This document shows positions 9,589 to 19,291 of a DNA stretch of 51,359 nt, piece after piece. This stretch comes from a virus (Duplodnaviria; Caudoviricetes), in IMG/VR virus record IMGVR_UViG_3300033405_000987, positions 1-51,359 of that record; one strand, given 5' to 3'. Position 1 is the stretch's first letter, and each line of letters begins with the position of its first letter. Made by a program: the position numbers and the translations under genes. The notes below the pieces were generated by a model. The model searched no databases. It was not told the origin of the DNA and saw nothing but the letters and a program-made list of their open reading frames with translations.

Positions 9589-12357
9589 TTAATGCTGGTT
9601 GCGGGACTGGTTGTAGGTGCTGATGACCTGGCTCAACGGGATGCCCCCGCTACGCCGGGCGAAGAGTGCGTCCATGGCGGCGCGGTCTTTCGGGCTCGCG
9701 CTGGAGTACCGGGTCATGAGTTCCTGCATGGCCTGGGCTTGTTGGGTCGCCTGGGTTGAGGTGGGGGTCGGCGCCTGCTGTCGCTGCTGCGCGGCCAGGG
9801 CCGCATTGCCGTAGGGTTCGGCCGTCATGGCGATGTCATTGGGGACGCTCACGTTGTTGCCTTTGAGTTGCGCCGGGGGCTGCGTATCTACGGTAGGGAC
9901 CTGAGCAGCCAACAGGCCGTGAATCCCTCTCGCGGCCGAATTTATGCCAGAGACCAACGCACGGCCGCCGGATGTCCCCTGATCGGGAGACATGGCCACC
10001 ACCCCGGGAGTGACGTTTTCCCCCGCAAGGTTGGCGTCGTTGGGGATTGTTGCGGGACCGCTCGCGGGCTTGGGCACAACGGGTTGTGGGTTATCAATGG
10101 GAGCGCCGAGGCCCTCGGCAGGATTGGTGGTCTGCGCATTCAGGTTCGGGACGCCGGATGTCACGGGGGCCCGCGGCGCGTCATTGGTCGCGTTCACACT
10201 GCCGGGTGTGCCCGCGCTCGCGGCCTTGAGTTGCTGGGCGGCCACGGCCGCCGGTCCGTAGCTGGCAACCTCCTGCGGAGTCATCGCGTTGATGGCCTGG
10301 GCCGATGTGCCGCCTTTGCCCAGGATGTACTGATAGATGGAGCCACCAAGGAGCTGGTCCTTGTTCTTCTGGTAGAACGCGCCCGGGTTCTGGATCGCGC
10401 CCGGGGCCTGCCCGATGACGTTACCCTTGGCGTCCTTCTGGGGGGCTTGGGGCTTGGGGAGCGTATCGAACTGCGCCCCTACCGTGGCTGCGACGTCGCC
10501 AGCGTCCCGGGCGTCCACGTAAATTCCGCGTTTGTTGAGCTGCTCCACCGTGTTCATCACGGCGCTGGCCGCCGCGATATTGTTCTTGGCCTCGGTCGAG
10601 GTTGAAGGGGCGTTGGGATCAGGTATGACAAAGCCGCTGGGCATGTCCGCCAGCTTTTCCTGCGGGTTGTATTTCAAGCCATACTGCGCAGCCACGGCGG
10701 CCGCCACGGGCTGCAACTGGCTCAAGGTGAACTTGTTCTGAGCCTCGGATATTTTCGCGTTGTCTTCGGCGGTTTTGGTATCCTGGCTTTGCTTGAGGAG
10801 GGCATTTTGGGCGTCCGCATCCTGTTGCGACATCTGCGGTGCGGGAACAGCGCCCAGGGTGTGCTTCTCGTATACGCGACCTTGAGCGTCCGTAACGTAC
10901 CCCAGGAGCGGAGACGTGGTGATGGCCTTCTGTGTCTCCAGGTTGGTCTGGATGTTCGCCCGGGTATCGGCCCGGTTATCCATCGTGGTTCGGTGCTGTT
11001 CGGTGTCCGCCTGCTTCGCCGCCTGCGCCCTCATCTGGGCCGCCCGGTAGGCGTCGGAGACCAAACTCCGAGCGTCCGCGTTCAGCTTTGCCAACGCGGC
11101 ATTCTTTTGCGCAGGAAGCCCCGGGGATGCTTGGATGCGTTGCTGCTCGCCCTGCTTCCACTGCTGGACCTGAGCCTCGTATCCTTGGAGATCCTTGACG
11201 TTCGGCACCATAAGGGCCTGTGCTGCTCCAGGCCCCTTTGCCTGTGCACCGCCTGTAGTGCCCCCGACCCCCGGCTGATCGGAGGCGATCCCCGTGCTGT
11301 TTTCCGCCAGGCCAGCACCGGAGCCGTCCGTGTCGCTGGAATTCGCCATCGCCAAGAGATCACCGCGCTCCTGCGAGAACCTGTTGCTCAAAGAGTCCGC
11401 GAGTTGTGGACTGCTTGGAAAATATTTGAGCGAACCATCCGCGTTCTTCGCGCCGCGTTCGTCCATCACCGCGTTGACGAAATCATTGGGGGAGAGGGGC
11501 GTGTCATCGTCCACGCTGGACAGGGCGTTGTCGATGACCTTCTGGGCGCCCGCAGGTCCGTTCTGATTCCCCAAGCTGAAGATGAGTGACCGCACGCCTT
11601 GGTTGGTGGTGTCCACCTGGGGATAGTTTTTCTCCACGTAGGCCATGACCGGCTGGACGTTGTTCTGGTTCGTCCAGTCGAGTTGGGCCTTTGTGTAGTT
11701 CGGGTCCTGGGCCACCTGGGCCAAGCTCGGATCATTCGGACTGCTGGGGACGTCCAGGTCGTAATTGTTCTTGGCGAACTTCTGGAAACTTCCCCAGTTG
11801 GTGGGCGTGATCTGGACTGGGCCAGTCGAGCCGTCCGGAGCGGTGGCCGAGGGGTTGCCGCCGGATTCGTATTTGAGAGCCACCTGAGCGTCTTTGGCGG
11901 TCTGATCGGAACTGTCGTCGCCGTTATCGGCGGTTTGTGTGGAGTCGTCACCGCTCCCGCCATCGGCGTAGTCATCCAGGGGCGTCGAGGGAGAGGCATC
12001 CGAGAAGCCGTCCAACGGATCCGCAGTGGGGTCGTCAGGATCGTAGGGAAGCCCACCACCAGCATCGGACGTGGAAGTGGACGCGGGGGACACTGTTGCC
12101 GGGCTGACTGCGGACGACCCTGGGTCGGTGGTGGACACCCCGGATCCTGCTCCAAAGACTGGAGGCGGCGAACTATACCCCCCGAGCCCCGTCCCCTGAA
12201 TCTGCATTTGCAGGTACTGGTTACGGGTGTTCATGAGGGAGGCCTGGGTGGCCATCATGGCGGTTTGTTTCTCTAACTCTTGCTGCTTCAGCGCCATCTG
12301 CTGACTCGCCAAAAGGCTGTCCGCTACGCCGCCTGCAAAGACTCCTCCGAAGTTCAT
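9589..12357 (-). CDS. ejection protein with lysozyme-like (VgrG3-C-like muramidase) domain
   Basis: 922 aa, A/Q/G-rich; KYESGG...NQNG...DERG...YFPSS...NRFSQE motif set at ~11345-11875. Confidence 0.75.
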   Translation of the reverse strand: MNFGGVFAGGVADSLLASQQMALKQQELEKQTAMMATQASLMNTRNQYLQMQIQGTGLGGYSSPPPVFGAGSGVSTTDPGSSAVSPATVSPASTSTSDAGGGLPYDPDDPTADPLDGFSDASPSTPLDDYADGGSGDDSTQTADNGDDSSDQTAKDAQVALKYESGGNPSATAPDGSTGPVQITPTNWGSFQKFAKNNYDLDVPSSPNDPSLAQVAQDPNYTKAQLDWTNQNNVQPVMAYVEKNYPQVDTTNQGVRSLIFSLGNQNGPAGAQKVIDNALSSVDDDTPLSPNDFVNAVMDERGAKNADGSLKYFPSSPQLADSLSNRFSQERGDLLAMANSSDTDGSGAGLAENSTGIASDQPGVGGTTGGAQAKGPGAAQALMVPNVKDLQGYEAQVQQWKQGEQQRIQASPGLPAQKNAALAKLNADARSLVSDAYRAAQMRAQAAKQADTEQHRTTMDNRADTRANIQTNLETQKAITTSPLLGYVTDAQGRVYEKHTLGAVPAPQMSQQDADAQNALLKQSQDTKTAEDNAKISEAQNKFTLSQLQPVAAAVAAQYGLKYNPQEKLADMPSGFVIPDPNAPSTSTEAKNNIAAASAVMNTVEQLNKRGIYVDARDAGDVAATVGAQFDTLPKPQAPQKDAKGNVIGQAPGAIQNPGAFYQKNKDQLLGGSIYQYILGKGGTSAQAINAMTPQEVASYGPAAVAAQQLKAASAGTPGSVNATNDAPRAPVTSGVPNLNAQTTNPAEGLGAPIDNPQPVVPKPASGPATIPNDANLAGENVTPGVVAMSPDQGTSGGRALVSGINSAARGIHGLLAAQVPTVDTQPPAQLKGNNVSVPNDIAMTAEPYGNAALAAQQRQQAPTPTSTQATQQAQAMQELMTRYSSASPKDRAAMDALFARRSGGIPLSQVISTYNQSRNQH

Positions 12358-12397
12358 ATTCTGCTCCTGCCGGGTTTAGTACAGGCCACCGAGGCCG

Positions 12398-13699
12398 CTA
12401 CAGATCGTAATCTTCATCGCCTGGCTCGGCGTCCCCGCCGCCGCTGGAACTTCCGCTGCTGCTGAAGATCTTCGACAAAGAGCCACCGTTGTTGCCATTG
12501 CCCATGAGCGATGTAAGGCCCAAACCGGTGAGCTTTCCCGATCCGGAGGCGTTCGCCTCATTAGCCTGCATGTCCTGGCCATTGAGCGTGTCGTACTGCG
12601 ACCCGTAATTGCCCAGAACGTTGAACAGAGGCTGCTCTTCGCTCTCTCCGAGGTTAGCTTCGGTTGAGTAGTTCGGCATCGTCGGGTTGGCGTTCCAACT
12701 CTCCAGGCTGCTGTCTCCGCTGGTGGAGGTGTCCTGCGGGAGCATCATCGAGGTGGCCTCTGTCGGGTTGAAGTTGGACAGGGAGCTGAAGATTCCCATG
12801 CCCGCATCTTCCGGTCCTTTGGAGAGCTGCGTGTTGATGTTGGACAGCGTGCTGTCCATCGTGTTCACGCCGGAGTTCAGTTCGTTTGTCCCGATCTGCT
12901 GGTCCGCAATATTCTGGTTGGTGGCCGTCTGGAGGCCCTGGGTCTCGGCTCCGGCCCTGGACAGCGCGGCGTTGGTGGCGAGATCGATATCCGCGTTCTG
13001 GGCCGCTCCGGAGTCCGGGCTGATACCCAAGCTCGCGTTCTGCATGTTCAGAGCCGTCTGCTGACCCTGGAATGAGTTGTCCACATCCGCGCCGGCACGA
13101 GCCGCGAACTGCTCCGGGTTGGAGTATGTATTCATCGCCGTCTCGCCAGCGACCTGGGAGGCGGTCAACGCGGTCTGCGCAGCGGGCTCCAGAACACTCC
13201 CCATCTCGCCGATCGTCTTAGCCTGCTCTGGCTGGTACAGACTCATGTCAGTGTTCAGCGCGTTGCTGGTGTCCTGGGTGGCCTGTTCCTTCTCGGACGC
13301 GGTGTTGTTGGCCAGGGCGATCTGGTTGTTCAGGTAGCCCAGGGCGTTCTGACCGGTGGCCGCTGCCTCGTCCGCGTAGGGCGTGTATGCTGCGGCTTCG
13401 CTGGAGATCTCGTTGTTTTGTCCGGTCGCGGCGTTCTCCAGGGAGTTGTCCACGTTACCCTGCTCCCCCGTGTACATCCCGAGCTGCTGGCCGTAGGTAC
13501 CCATGGCCTGATCGAGGAGGTCCTGGTACTGCGTCAGATCCTGCTCTCCGGACAGATAGGAGTCGATTCCCAGATTGGTGGCCGCGCTCGTGTTGGTGGA
13601 CGCTGTCGAGCCTGCAGAGTTGTCGCTACTGCTCCCGCTGTTTATGGCTCCCATCACGAGCGAACCCGCACCGACAGCCGCGCCTGCTATTGTGCCCAT
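12398..13699 (-). CDS. ejection/internal virion protein
   Basis: 433 aa, A/G/Q/N/S-rich with hydrophobic N-terminus MGTIAGAAVGAG; RBS GGAGG; position in podovirus core-protein cluster. Confidence 0.75.
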   Translation of the reverse strand: MGTIAGAAVGAGSLVMGAINSGSSSDNSAGSTASTNTSAATNLGIDSYLSGEQDLTQYQDLLDQAMGTYGQQLGMYTGEQGNVDNSLENAATGQNNEISSEAAAYTPYADEAAATGQNALGYLNNQIALANNTASEKEQATQDTSNALNTDMSLYQPEQAKTIGEMGSVLEPAAQTALTASQVAGETAMNTYSNPEQFAARAGADVDNSFQGQQTALNMQNASLGISPDSGAAQNADIDLATNAALSRAGAETQGLQTATNQNIADQQIGTNELNSGVNTMDSTLSNINTQLSKGPEDAGMGIFSSLSNFNPTEATSMMLPQDTSTSGDSSLESWNANPTMPNYSTEANLGESEEQPLFNVLGNYGSQYDTLNGQDMQANEANASGSGKLTGLGLTSLMGNGNNGGSLSKIFSSSGSSSGGGDAEPGDEDYDL

Positions 13700-14706
13700 G
13701 CCCTATCCTCCAAATTCTCATATCGAAAGGTGATGCACGTTCCTGGGAGTGCGGCAGCCAGGTCCCTTGTCTTGCGCTGATGATCCGGCGTTTCTCTTGG
13801 AGTCCCGGTCATGAAGAACGCCACAATATCCACGCCATGGCGCTCAAGGGCGCCCACGGTGCGCCAGAGCTCGGCGTCGGTAAGATTCTTTCGGAGGACC
13901 TGGTTGCGGTAGGTTTCGTCTCCTGCCTCCACGCCGAAAGCGCAGGAATTCATGCCCCGGTCGATGAGCCACTCCAGGGACTCCGCATCAATGTCGGCCC
14001 GAATGTAGGCGAAGAAGGGATGACGGAAGTCGCCCCAGGAGTCCTTCCAGGCGGTGTTTGCGTAGGGAAGCCCCGCATCACCGATGAAGAAAACGTCCGG
14101 CTTGTAGGTTGAGGCCAGCCACGCGAGGTCTTCACCCACCCTGGTACGGATGCGCACCCCGCGTGGCTGGTGGCGGATTTGGCAGAAGGTACAGGCTCCG
14201 TTGCAGCCCCGGCTCGACTGGTATGGGAGCACCTTCTTGCCGGCGAGGAAAGGTAAGCCACGGTCAAAAGGGATGTCTCGGAATAGCTCGTAGTCTGGCA
14301 ACGGCAGCGCGTGGATGTCCCGGCATACCTGGGGGCTGTCGAAGATTTGTGTCTCACCGTTTAGCAGAAAATCCGGTAATGTCTCACCGTCGCCCCGGCA
14401 GACGAAATCTACTGCAGGGTCTACCGGATGGCCCAAACCGGCCCAGACGCCGCCCAGGAGCACCGTGTACCCCAGGGCTTTGGCCGCGCGAATGAAGGGG
14501 ACGCACAGCTTGTAATCGTGAACGGTGACGCAGGAGAAGCCCACCACCTGCGGCCGTTCTCGCTGGAGCTGCGCCGCAAAGTTCCGAATGTCCCCCAGTA
14601 TGCACAAGTCCACCTCAATGCCTCGGGCCTTGCACAGCGCGGATAAGAGGGCCACGCCGTGGTTGTAGGAGACGTACAGGGGCCAGAAGGCGAAAATGAT
14701 CTTCAT
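13687..14706 (-). CDS. cobalamin-binding radical SAM protein (class B methyltransferase-like)
   Basis: N-terminal B12-binding fold motifs (VVGFS, LLGG, CRGDGE, LPLPD); SSRG-CNGACTFC (CxxxCxxC); GVEAG; FMTGTPRET. Confidence 0.9.
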   Translation of the reverse strand: MKIIFAFWPLYVSYNHGVALLSALCKARGIEVDLCILGDIRNFAAQLQRERPQVVGFSCVTVHDYKLCVPFIRAAKALGYTVLLGGVWAGLGHPVDPAVDFVCRGDGETLPDFLLNGETQIFDSPQVCRDIHALPLPDYELFRDIPFDRGLPFLAGKKVLPYQSSRGCNGACTFCQIRHQPRGVRIRTRVGEDLAWLASTYKPDVFFIGDAGLPYANTAWKDSWGDFRHPFFAYIRADIDAESLEWLIDRGMNSCAFGVEAGDETYRNQVLRKNLTDAELWRTVGALERHGVDIVAFFMTGTPRETPDHQRKTRDLAAALPGTCITFRYENLEDRAWAQ

Positions 14707-15164
14707 AGCACTTCCGTGAATGCGGCCTCGTAGGGCCTGAGTCCGCGGCGCTCCAAGGCTCGGCCCAGGGAGGCGTCTTTATGCTGGGTGCTCAGGAGTA
14801 TTACTTGGGCCCCCCGCTTCCGAGCCCAGGCCCGCATGTGGTCAAGGAGACGCAAAAACCAGCGGACCTTAGCCGGCCCATCCGGGAATGACGGGCGCAT
14901 GTGCCACATCAGCTCTATGGCCATCACGGTGTTCCGATTCAGGTGGTATCGGTGGAGTGCCATGACGCAGGCCCCCGCTATTTCCCCGTCGATTTCCACC
15001 ACGGACAGGAGCGCGTCCGGGTTCAACAACATCCGGACGAGCAGCTCCCGCACGGTGTCTTTGTCGATCCCCAGGCCATGCGCGCTCCAGGGCATAGAGG
15101 CGTCACATTCCAGACAGAAGGCCAGGAGGCCCGGAAGGTCATCACATGTGGCCGCGCGGATCAT
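14703..15164 (-). CDS. GNAT acetyl/acyltransferase
   Basis: Real start MIRAATCDDL at 15164 (TAATG overlap with upstream stop); ELMWHMRP, WARKRGA, LERRGL GNAT pattern. Confidence 0.85.
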   Translation of the reverse strand: MIRAATCDDLPGLLAFCLECDASMPWSAHGLGIDKDTVRELLVRMLLNPDALLSVVEIDGEIAGACVMALHRYHLNRNTVMAIELMWHMRPSFPDGPAKVRWFLRLLDHMRAWARKRGAQVILLSTQHKDASLGRALERRGLRPYEAAFTEVL

Positions 15165-17026
15165 TACTGCCCCACCACGGATGACAGCTCTTGGGTGGAA
15201 CCGGCTATGGCCATGCGCTTGACCGGCACATTTCCGGACACCCCCAGGGTGACCTCGCGGCCCACATAGCCGGAAGGCAGAGGAAATGGATCGCTGCTGG
15301 TGACGGCGCCGGAATACTGGACGGTGCCGTCCACGGTGAGCGTGAAGTTCAAGATGTTCAGATCGGACGCGCCGGCAGGGGCACGGACGAAGTTGTTGAG
15401 GCCGTAAGCCTTGGTTCCGAAGGCGTTCAAGCCCCACGCGCCCCCAGCCAGATTTGGAAGCATAGCCGTGTTGGCCGCAATCTGGGCAGCCTGTACGGCC
15501 AGGGCCGCCGTCAGTTCCGCTTGGGTCATGCCTCCAGAGGTATCGGCCAGGACCTGGCCGAAGGCAAAGTTCTGAGGCCAGACCTCGAATATTTTGCTGG
15601 TCCAGGTGTAAAGCAGCCTGGTGCTGGCCCCTTCCCATTCCTGGAGGACGTTGGTCCCGTTCAGATCGCACGCAAAGTAGAGCTGGTCCGCACTCGGCTG
15701 CACAAAGGCCGCCGTGGGGTACATGGAGAGTTCGGTGAGTTTGGCCTCGGGCTCCAGCAGGTCCAGGACGATTGCCCCCCCCTGGGTAATGCCGTTCACC
15801 ACCCCGGTCTTATAGAACCCGTAGTAGCGCCGGTCCATGATGACCGCGTGCATCTCCTGAGGGTTGTAGGCCACCCAGTCATCGCGAGTGAACACGTCGT
15901 GAGTGATGAGCGAGCCCGGCGTGATGAACTCATTCAAGGCGTTGGTGATCATGTACACGCCGTCCGGAGATGCGAAAGCGACACCCATCTCACAGGTGAT
16001 GATGCTGCGCTTGGACACGCACGGCTGGCGTTCCGGGAACTTGGTCTTCTGCAACACGGACGGGCTCGCACCCTCGAAAATGTAGGGGTATCCGTCCGTG
16101 AGCACCACCACCATGTCCCAGAATACGGCGAGGCCGACGATCTGCTGCGGAATGGTGTAGTTGTAGGCTTCAGGCCATGCGTGACACTGGTAGGGCACCG
16201 AGCACCAGATGCCGTTGCCGGAGAAGCCCACCAGGAAACCGCCAGGGTGCGAGACAAGGCCCTGGAGGTTGGACGGGGGCGGCAGCCACTCCTGGGAAGG
16301 CATGAAGACGTCGTTGTCCACCAGGGTCGTGTCTGGGACCAGGTCGGCGTAGGAGGTGGTCCCGATGGGGATGTCAGCCACCCACAGCCATGTATTGGTC
16401 GTGTTTCCCGCCTCCGAGCGGTAAATCCTGCAGGTGACTATGTTGGAGTAGCCGGTGGGCGCGGCGGACGGGAAGCCGGTCAGGTCCACTTCAGAGCCGG
16501 ACAAACTCTCCACCTGATTGGAGATGGTGGCCACCGGGGGGCCTTCCTCTCCCCAGACGGTCACGAACGTGTAGAGGTAGATCACATACCGGGCCATGCC
16601 CGAACCTCCCACGCCGGTAGCGCTAGCCTTGAGCGGGGTCGTCGGCCTGGGGACGCCCAGGATGTAGGAGCTGTTCGGGTAGATATTCGGGTCACCCGGC
16701 ACGGACACGAGGCTCAAGTTGGTTACCCGGGGCACATCCGTGGCGCTGGTGAAGTAGAGCCTTTGGAGGGGGTCGGTGGCCAAGGGGTTCAGAACCACGT
16801 CCACGGCCTGGTTCCAGGTCAGCCAGTACGTGTTGTTGTACAGATACAAGGTCTGAATATCGCCGGTTAGAGGAAAGGTCTGGAGGGTTTCCGGCTGGTA
16901 GAACGGCTTGATCTCCCCGGAGTACAGGTTGACGTTCTCGGCGACCGTGGCCTGATTCGGAGCCAACAGGTTCGGCGAGGTGCGGGGGGCAAGCCCCCCA
17001 AACCCTTTGACGTTGATAGCTGCCAT
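15164..17026 (-). CDS. tail nozzle / packaged-DNA stabilization protein
   Basis: 620 aa; FGGLAPR start, YTFVTVWGEEG, RIYRS, PHAWP-like, FASPDG beta-propeller motifs typical of podovirus tail tubular proteins. Confidence 0.8.
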   Translation of the reverse strand: MAAINVKGFGGLAPRTSPNLLAPNQATVAENVNLYSGEIKPFYQPETLQTFPLTGDIQTLYLYNNTYWLTWNQAVDVVLNPLATDPLQRLYFTSATDVPRVTNLSLVSVPGDPNIYPNSSYILGVPRPTTPLKASATGVGGSGMARYVIYLYTFVTVWGEEGPPVATISNQVESLSGSEVDLTGFPSAAPTGYSNIVTCRIYRSEAGNTTNTWLWVADIPIGTTSYADLVPDTTLVDNDVFMPSQEWLPPPSNLQGLVSHPGGFLVGFSGNGIWCSVPYQCHAWPEAYNYTIPQQIVGLAVFWDMVVVLTDGYPYIFEGASPSVLQKTKFPERQPCVSKRSIITCEMGVAFASPDGVYMITNALNEFITPGSLITHDVFTRDDWVAYNPQEMHAVIMDRRYYGFYKTGVVNGITQGGAIVLDLLEPEAKLTELSMYPTAAFVQPSADQLYFACDLNGTNVLQEWEGASTRLLYTWTSKIFEVWPQNFAFGQVLADTSGGMTQAELTAALAVQAAQIAANTAMLPNLAGGAWGLNAFGTKAYGLNNFVRAPAGASDLNILNFTLTVDGTVQYSGAVTSSDPFPLPSGYVGREVTLGVSGNVPVKRMAIAGSTQELSSVVGQ

Positions 17027-17032
17027 ACGGGG

Positions 17033-17635
17033 CTACGCCGCCGGAGCTGCGGAGGAACTGGGGCTGGGTGCCGCGTTCGAGACGACAGCGGGCGTCGAGG
17101 CAGGAGCAACCGGCCAGGGTTTCCCCAGATACCAGTTGCTCGTATAGTCACGCAGGGCCTGCCGATAGGTCCGCCACGCTTTCACCTGCGCGGGTGTCAA
17201 GGCCGTGTCCTGGAGCTGGGTGTAATCGCAGTCGGTCAGCAGGTTGTCCCGAACCGTGCGGACCTGGGACAGCATAGTGGCTGTGTCCACTGTCCAGGCA
17301 CCGTTGACCATCGTGTAGGCATTCCCGTCGCTGGGCGGCGCTATGGCCGTCAGGTTGCTCGCCAGGGGGCCCACCTGGGTCACCCGGGTCGCTCCTCCAT
17401 TGGTCTTGGAGTACACGAGGGTGTTCCGGTTATCCTCGACCACGCTCCACGACTGGGACGCGGTGGAGAACACGGCCACCTGATTCGGACCCACCGGAGG
17501 GGGTGCGATGGAGGTGGCGTTCGCCGGGATCAGGTACTGCGGCTTGGAAGGGTTCTTCGCCGTCTCCAGGGGGTCAGGCCGAGCCTGACTCCTGGAGAGG
17601 TATACCCCGGACTTGTCGTAATTGTAGATGTCCAT
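17033..17635 (-). CDS. tail fibre assembly chaperone (Tfa-like)
   Basis: DPLE...LIPANATSIAPP...W.VVEDNR; C-terminal RDNLL..CDYTQL.D...W..YRQALRD...WP. Confidence 0.85.
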   Translation of the reverse strand: MDIYNYDKSGVYLSRSQARPDPLETAKNPSKPQYLIPANATSIAPPPVGPNQVAVFSTASQSWSVVEDNRNTLVYSKTNGGATRVTQVGPLASNLTAIAPPSDGNAYTMVNGAWTVDTATMLSQVRTVRDNLLTDCDYTQLQDTALTPAQVKAWRTYRQALRDYTSNWYLGKPWPVAPASTPAVVSNAAPSPSSSAAPAA

Positions 17636-17662
17636 TTGCGCCTCACCCGGGGCTTAAAGGGT

Positions 17663-18310
17663 TTAGAAGGGCTGAGTCGGGAACGCGGTAGACAGGTCGG
17701 CATAGGTCACGGCCAGGCCGCCACCGGAATCCAGAGCGGTCGTGCCGGGGGTGAACACGGCGGCTGATCCGTTGATGACCTTCACGACAGCGACCGGGCA
17801 CAGCAACGACATGTTGTAGTCCGGGCAGAGCACTAGGGAGTTGCCGTTGACATCGAGCAGCCCGGAGTTTCCGGCCGAGACCGGGGTGGTCTGGGTCATG
17901 CGGACGTTGCCGTTCACGTCCAGGTAGAAGAAGAAACCGCAGCCCCAGTAGATGCCGTTGGCCAGAGCGGGAAGGGGCACAGCAGGTTTGGTCAGCCCGG
18001 CGGTCACATCCACGGTGATGGCGGGGGACTGGCACAGGACGCCATTGTTCATGACCATGCCGGGCACGGTGGACCAGAAGTTCATGGTGGCCAGGGACAG
18101 AGAGGCGATGGCGGCCTTGTTCTTCAACACCCCGTTTATGGAGTAGGTGTTGGCGGCCGTGGTCTTGGCGTTGGGGGAGCCCGCGCCGTAGATTGCGCAG
18201 GATCCCTGGGTCAGGTTGCAGTTTTCCATGCAGGTGAGCAGGTTGCCCATCGCCACGTCGTTGATGAAATCCAGGATGAACGGGTTCGGATTCGCCAAGG
18301 GAGTGGACAT
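17663..18310 (-). CDS. virion structural protein (decoration-like)
   Basis: 215 aa, beta-rich; YSING..K.A and FTPGTTALD motifs; RBS GAGG. Confidence 0.65.
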   Translation of the reverse strand: MSTPLANPNPFILDFINDVAMGNLLTCMENCNLTQGSCAIYGAGSPNAKTTAANTYSINGVLKNKAAIASLSLATMNFWSTVPGMVMNNGVLCQSPAITVDVTAGLTKPAVPLPALANGIYWGCGFFFYLDVNGNVRMTQTTPVSAGNSGLLDVNGNSLVLCPDYNMSLLCPVAVVKVINGSAAVFTPGTTALDSGGGLAVTYADLSTAFPTQPF

Positions 18311-18373
18311 ATTTTATCCTCTTCTCGAAGTTGCGTGTTGAAGTTCAGGGCCGCGAGCCAGTTCCCCCGAAAG

Positions 18374-19291
18374 CTATTGGAAGCGGATTGCCGCTACGAC
18401 GTTAATGTTGATGGGCCGTGTTTCCAGGCCCTGCGGAACGTTGGCATATGAGGCTGGATTGATGGTATCCTCCGCACCAAAGTCCAGGGTGTAGCAGTTG
18501 TACCCTGAAGTTGGCGAAGGCGTGTTGAATGCCTGGGGATCGATTACGCTCGCGCCACCCGTTGCTTTGCCGGTGTTGCCCCCGGTTGGGTGAACATGGC
18601 GCCCCAGAATCCATCCCTGGACCGTGCCCGGCGCATCACCTCCGGTTCCGTCTCCCCGGGCGGCGCGGACGGCAGCGTTCGGGTCGTTTCCGGCGCCATT
18701 GTCCTGGATGCGCAGAAAGTAGCCCCGATAATCCGGGGTGCCGAAGGTAGTCTCTCCATCACCGGCCCCGTAGGCGGTTCCCACCCGGTTGAAGAGGTTC
18801 GCGTAGGTAACCCGGCTAAGAAGAGAGCCCTCGCACAGGAGGAAGTTGGGCAGCACCACTGCCGAGTAGGCGTAGGGCAGAAAGATGATTTCGCCGATTG
18901 GGAATGCGTTCGCCATCGCGGCGACCTGGGCCTGCATGGCCGTGATGGCGTTGCCCATGTAGGTGTCCAGCTCGGCAAAGCGGTCCGCCAGCGTTCCGGC
19001 GGTGGGGGCGCAATAAACAGCGGCCCCTTCCGGGAAGGCTGCCGGGGAAGTCCCATCCATGCCGCGCTCGATGGTGAAGGTGTTGGAAGTCATACCGGTC
19101 ACCTTCACGACTTCGAGAGTCAGGCCGTCCACCGTCTGGAGCACGAGGTAGAAGTACTGGGAGCCGGATATGGATGGCGATCCTGTGGTAGTGGGCACAG
19201 ACAGGATCGTGTCGGTGGTGCCGATTCCCAGAGAGGCCGTGGTCACGTAGAAGTTAGACCAGACAACTTTGTTGGGTGCGAAGAGCGCCAT
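18374..19291 (-). CDS. tail fibre protein with tail-collar domain
   Basis: EVVKVT...RGMDGT N-terminus; PIGEI...FLLCEG..LSR.TY..LF..VGT.YG.GDG.TTF..PDYRG collar; ETRP.N C-terminus. Confidence 0.9.
   Translation of the reverse strand: MALFAPNKVVWSNFYVTTASLGIGTTDTILSVPTTTGSPSISGSQYFYLVLQTVDGLTLEVVKVTGMTSNTFTIERGMDGTSPAAFPEGAAVYCAPTAGTLADRFAELDTYMGNAITAMQAQVAAMANAFPIGEIIFLPYAYSAVVLPNFLLCEGSLLSRVTYANLFNRVGTAYGAGDGETTFGTPDYRGYFLRIQDNGAGNDPNAAVRAARGDGTGGDAPGTVQGWILGRHVHPTGGNTGKATGGASVIDPQAFNTPSPTSGYNCYTLDFGAEDTINPASYANVPQGLETRPININVVAAIRFQ

Noticed and set aside
14703-15671. Extended ORF-track starts (322-aa GNAT; also 28636-29634, 30970-31734, 42456-43340, 46394-47929)
   Set aside because: The extensions overlap upstream genes or operators; internal starts with RBS or stop-start coupling fit better.
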